From NCBI GenBank assembly GCA_020052735.1, contig JAGVON010000067.1, positions 1-37,730 on the forward strand: 37,730 bases of DNA, read 5' to 3'. A model generated the notes under the pieces. The model saw only the letters and a list, made by a program, of their open reading frames with translations, was not told the DNA's origin and made no database searches. This DNA comes from an archaeon. GTDB lineage: Archaea > Micrarchaeota > Micrarchaeia > Anstonellales > Bilamarchaeaceae. This document shows, in pieces, positions 34,917 through 37,730 of this stretch; position 1 is the stretch's first letter; every line of letters begins with the position of its first letter. The translations under genes and the position numbers were made by a program.

Positions 34917-35225
34917 ATGCAGGAAACACGCCCGCTCAGGAGGTTGCGCAGGCACCTTTCAATAGAGAATTTGTGGCTCTATATCTTATCATTAATCAAG
35001 AGAGAGGAATGCTATGCATACACCCTCCCTGAGCAAATAGAGAAGGAGTATGGGTTCAAGCCCAGCCGCGTGATGGTGTATATCGTATTGCACATGCTGG
35101 AGGGCGAGGGGCTCATAAGGGGCGAGCAGAAGGAGAGGCGGAAGTATTATACGCTCACGGAAAAGGGGGACGAGACGCTCAAGGAAGCAAAAAAGGAGAT
35201 GAAAAGGCTCTCCGAAAAGTTATGA
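34917..35225 (+). CDS. PadR-family winged-helix transcriptional regulator
   Basis: 102 aa. …ENLWLYILSLIKREECYAYTLPEQIEKEYGFKPSRVMVYIVLHMLEGEGLIRGEQKERRKYYTLTEKGDETL… matches the PadR pattern. It starts 8 nt after the stop of the giant gene. Confidence 0.75.
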   Translation: MQETRPLRRLRRHLSIENLWLYILSLIKREECYAYTLPEQIEKEYGFKPSRVMVYIVLHMLEGEGLIRGEQKERRKYYTLTEKGDETLKEAKKEMKRLSEKL

Positions 35226-36251
35226 AATCCTGAAGCGGAGGAGGGCTGCAATCCCGCCGAACCCTTTAAGCTTGTGCGCGGATTCGCCTTTTGCGGAATA
35301 GAAGATTATGTCCGCCCTCTTTGATTCCGCATTCTCGGTTATCTTCTCTATTTCCTTGTCCTTGCGGAGTGCGTCGTCCAGGACGAGGAGCGTATCCACG
35401 GCGGACGCATCCACCGCCTGCGCCACTTCCTTCTTCCCGTAGGCGGCGAGGCCCGCATCCCTGTGCACGCGCACCATGAACTCCTCAAAGGATTTTTCCT
35501 CCTTCTCCATCTGCGCCTCTCCAGCTATTTTTTCTATTACTCCCTTCTTCATCAATTCCGCGATTCCGCTCCTCTCTGCGTATGAGCAGCTCTCAAATGT
35601 GATGCGGGAAAGGAGGGCGGGATATTTCTTATTGATGAAATCCTTCAGCCCGTCCTTTGCGAAGCCCGGGCCGGCGGCTATGAAGCGCTCGTCCGATTTT
35701 GAGATGTAGGCAGCCACTTCCCCATAATATTGCTTGAGCTTCTCCTCGTAATTGTCCTCCCTTTTGCTTCCCCCGAACCAGAAAGTGGGGCCGTAGTCCA
35801 GCCCGTATCCGCGGAGGATTGCGGTGAGCGCTTTTTCTTCGTCCATCACTATTATGCGAAGGGTGGGGCGGGAGGTTTCTTTTACGGCTTTTTCCAATCT
35901 TGAGATTTCAAAGTTCTTCCAATCTTTTATCACTTTTACGGTGTCCCCGGACTCCAAATCAAATGTGTGGTGCCTTCCCTTCTGCACGAATTCCTCCGGG
36001 TCCCCAGCGAGGATTATGCCGGAGATGCGTAGGCGGTTGGCGGCCTCGGCGAATTCCACATTTTCAACGCGGAGGGTGATGAAGACCGGCTTCTTTTCCT
36101 CCTTTCCCTCGCCGAATTTAACGCTTCTATACGTCCTTGCTTCCACCACGTCCCCTTCCTTGAGCACCCTTTCCAGGTGCCAGAGGTCCTCCAGCCGCTG
36201 GAGCATGAGCTTCAGCTCGCCGTTGCGGAGGTCGCGGTGGACTATTCGCAT
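35220..36251 (-). CDS. pelA: Pelota (aDom34) ribosome-rescue / mRNA surveillance factor
   Basis: The N-terminus is MRIVHRDLRNGELKLMLQRLEDLWHLERVL…GDVV. It has an eRF1-like central and C-terminal architecture. 343 aa. Confidence 0.88.
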   Translation of the reverse strand: MRIVHRDLRNGELKLMLQRLEDLWHLERVLKEGDVVEARTYRSVKFGEGKEEKKPVFITLRVENVEFAEAANRLRISGIILAGDPEEFVQKGRHHTFDLESGDTVKVIKDWKNFEISRLEKAVKETSRPTLRIIVMDEEKALTAILRGYGLDYGPTFWFGGSKREDNYEEKLKQYYGEVAAYISKSDERFIAAGPGFAKDGLKDFINKKYPALLSRITFESCSYAERSGIAELMKKGVIEKIAGEAQMEKEEKSFEEFMVRVHRDAGLAAYGKKEVAQAVDASAVDTLLVLDDALRKDKEIEKITENAESKRADIIFYSAKGESAHKLKGFGGIAALLRFRIS

Positions 36252-36273
36252 ATTGAAGGATAGGAAGAATAGA

Positions 36274-36284
36274 AAATATAAATA
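36274..36284 (-). promoter_or_regulatory. Candidate TATA box for pelota
   Basis: The minus strand reads TATTTATATTT, centred about 27 nt upstream of the ATG at 36251. Confidence 0.4.
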
Positions 36285-36293
36285 GGATTCCGG

Positions 36294-37730
36294 CTACCGC
36301 TTCATGTTCCTTATCGTGTTCCAGAGGTTCTTGAGGGCCAGATGAACATTGACCATCCCGTGGTAGATATTGTCTGTGACCAAGATGACTTTCCTCAGTG
36401 GGGATCTCCTTGCCTTCACCGGCTTCATTATCCCATTCTGCAGCTCAAGATAGCTGTCAATGGATATCTTGGCGCCGTAATCAGCGCCATCGCGGGTGAA
36501 ATGCGTCTGCTTGCGCATCAGGTACACACAGTCGCTGGCCCTGAAAGCGAACCCCCTGTGGAACAGCTCCATCGCGTCGTTGGAGAAGTGTATGACGGTG
36601 CGCGCGTAGGCGAGCGGGCTGACCACTCGCGTGTATGTCCTAACTCCCTCGTAAACATGCAGGTCCGAGTCGGCATACTGCCTCTTCTTGAAACCATTTT
36701 CCTTCTTGCAGTGCATGGAGAATGCGATGGTTATGTTCTTCTGGTCCAGCGTCGCCTGAGTTCCCAGATGTTTCCTCACAATCATCTCAAAGAAGGCCTG
36801 CGTATCGGGGTCTTGGGGGGATGCCAACTTGTCCGGGAATGTGAAGTTGCCGCTGCCAACCAGGTCAATATGGCGCTGGATGAAATCCAGAACCTCGGAT
36901 ATTGACCGTTCGCGCTTTTCCGGGTCGTTGAGAGGTCCTACGCCGACCTGGCCTATCCCTACGTTTATTATCCCGTATACATGCGCCCCGCGCACGGCGA
37001 TGCTGTTGGTCTCGCGCCCCTCATCCAAGATTATTAGCACTTCGTCCTGGTCAATGCGTGGTGCCATGCCCGGCATGTCAAGAGTCCTGCCATTTAGCAC
37101 CTTGTCCCAGAAATCAAGTGCAGTGTGCAGGTCTTTGAAATCAATGTTCAGGTGCATTCCGTTGAGCGCTAGCGGATTCTTCGCGGGAAGGGTGAGCTCA
37201 AGCGAAGGCACCTTCAGCATGCCAGCAGCATCTTCCATATCTGCGATGTCCTCGAAATGTTGCGCATTAATCCAGTTATGGTAGCCCGTGGCGTCAATGT
37301 CGTAATGCCAGAGCATCATCTCGCGGAGTATGTGCATGCGGGAGGAAACGCCGTCGTCCTTGCCGCCGTTCTCGCCCCAGTGACCATGCATGCACGCGTA
37401 TCGGGTGTTCGTGTCTTTTGCCGCGGCAGTTTTAAGGACTGCATCTTTCACTTCGCTAACCCACTCATCCTTCACCTTGGAAGAAGAAAACCTGCGCATG
37501 AGCTGGCGCTTGGAAAGTGCCTTGCCGCCGTCTTCCCGCGAAGGGTCGGTGAAAAGCACCTTTGTGCGGCCAAATAATGAAGTTTTCACAAATACGAAGA
37601 AGTTGGAGTCGCCGGGGACGTCTGGGTTCAGCCCGCGGTTGAGGATTATCTCTCCGCGCTTGCATAACCTCGGGTCGTCTATTACCCCATAGCCGGAACG
37701 CACCAGCTCATCTACGAGCTTCTGCCTCCT
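36294..37730 (-). CDS. Conserved-looking protein of unknown function (N-terminus lies outside the window)
   Basis: The long ORF stays open in frame past the track's GTG at 37703 to the window edge (…RRQKLVDELVRSGYGVIDDPRL…). Its amino-acid composition looks protein-like. I recognised no family motif. Confidence 0.6.
   Translation of the reverse strand, partial: RRQKLVDELVRSGYGVIDDPRLCKRGEIILNRGLNPDVPGDSNFFVFVKTSLFGRTKVLFTDPSREDGGKALSKRQLMRRFSSSKVKDEWVSEVKDAVLKTAAAKDTNTRYACMHGHWGENGGKDDGVSSRMHILREMMLWHYDIDATGYHNWINAQHFEDIADMEDAAGMLKVPSLELTLPAKNPLALNGMHLNIDFKDLHTALDFWDKVLNGRTLDMPGMAPRIDQDEVLIILDEGRETNSIAVRGAHVYGIINVGIGQVGVGPLNDPEKRERSISEVLDFIQRHIDLVGSGNFTFPDKLASPQDPDTQAFFEMIVRKHLGTQATLDQKNITIAFSMHCKKENGFKKRQYADSDLHVYEGVRTYTRVVSPLAYARTVIHFSNDAMELFHRGFAFRASDCVYLMRKQTHFTRDGADYGAKISIDSYLELQNGIMKPVKARRSPLRKVILVTDNIYHGMVNVHLALKNLWNTIRNMKR

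Noticed and set aside
11480-35225. Idea that everything downstream of tRNA-Arg is a tRNA-integrated element, provirus or conjugative island.
   Set aside because: I saw no integrase, no direct repeat of the tRNA 3' end, and no capsid, terminase or VirB4/VirD4-type genes. Apart from the methyltransferase gene, GC content matches the chromosome.

Overview
This window is an archaeal chromosomal segment. The calls supporting that are GatD/GatE, uL11, aEF-1beta, Spt5, SecE, FtsZ, Pelota and a tRNA-Arg, plus TATA boxes about 25-30 nt upstream of many start codons. It is GC-rich and tightly packed, with many ATGA-type start/stop overlaps. Housekeeping genes fill about 1-11.5 kb and 35.2-36.3 kb. Three accessory elements interrupt them. 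(i) A solo IS200/IS605-type tnpB (5109-6251) has an intact RuvC triad. (ii) A sharply AT-rich single-gene island (14346-16844) encodes a large alpha-type N6/N4 DNA methyltransferase with a C-terminal nuclease-like module. (iii) The most interesting region is a roughly 16 kb translationally coupled operon (18888-35225). It encodes six clearly paralogous polytopic membrane proteins that share motifs I read directly in the translations. These are followed by a 1411-aa Cys-rich secreted or lipoprotein-like giant, a 1358-aa two-TM giant and a PadR-type regulator. I recognise no known family for any of the eight structural proteins, and the operon contains no ATPase. It is driven from a single TATA box shared with a divergent three-gene unit (secreted protein, multi-Zn-ribbon protein, GNAT-like protein). 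A membrane-anchored tandem AAA+ (CDC48-like) ATPase lies 4.6 kb upstream. No rRNA genes or CRISPR arrays were seen. All functional calls rest on motif recognition by eye, since no searches could be run.
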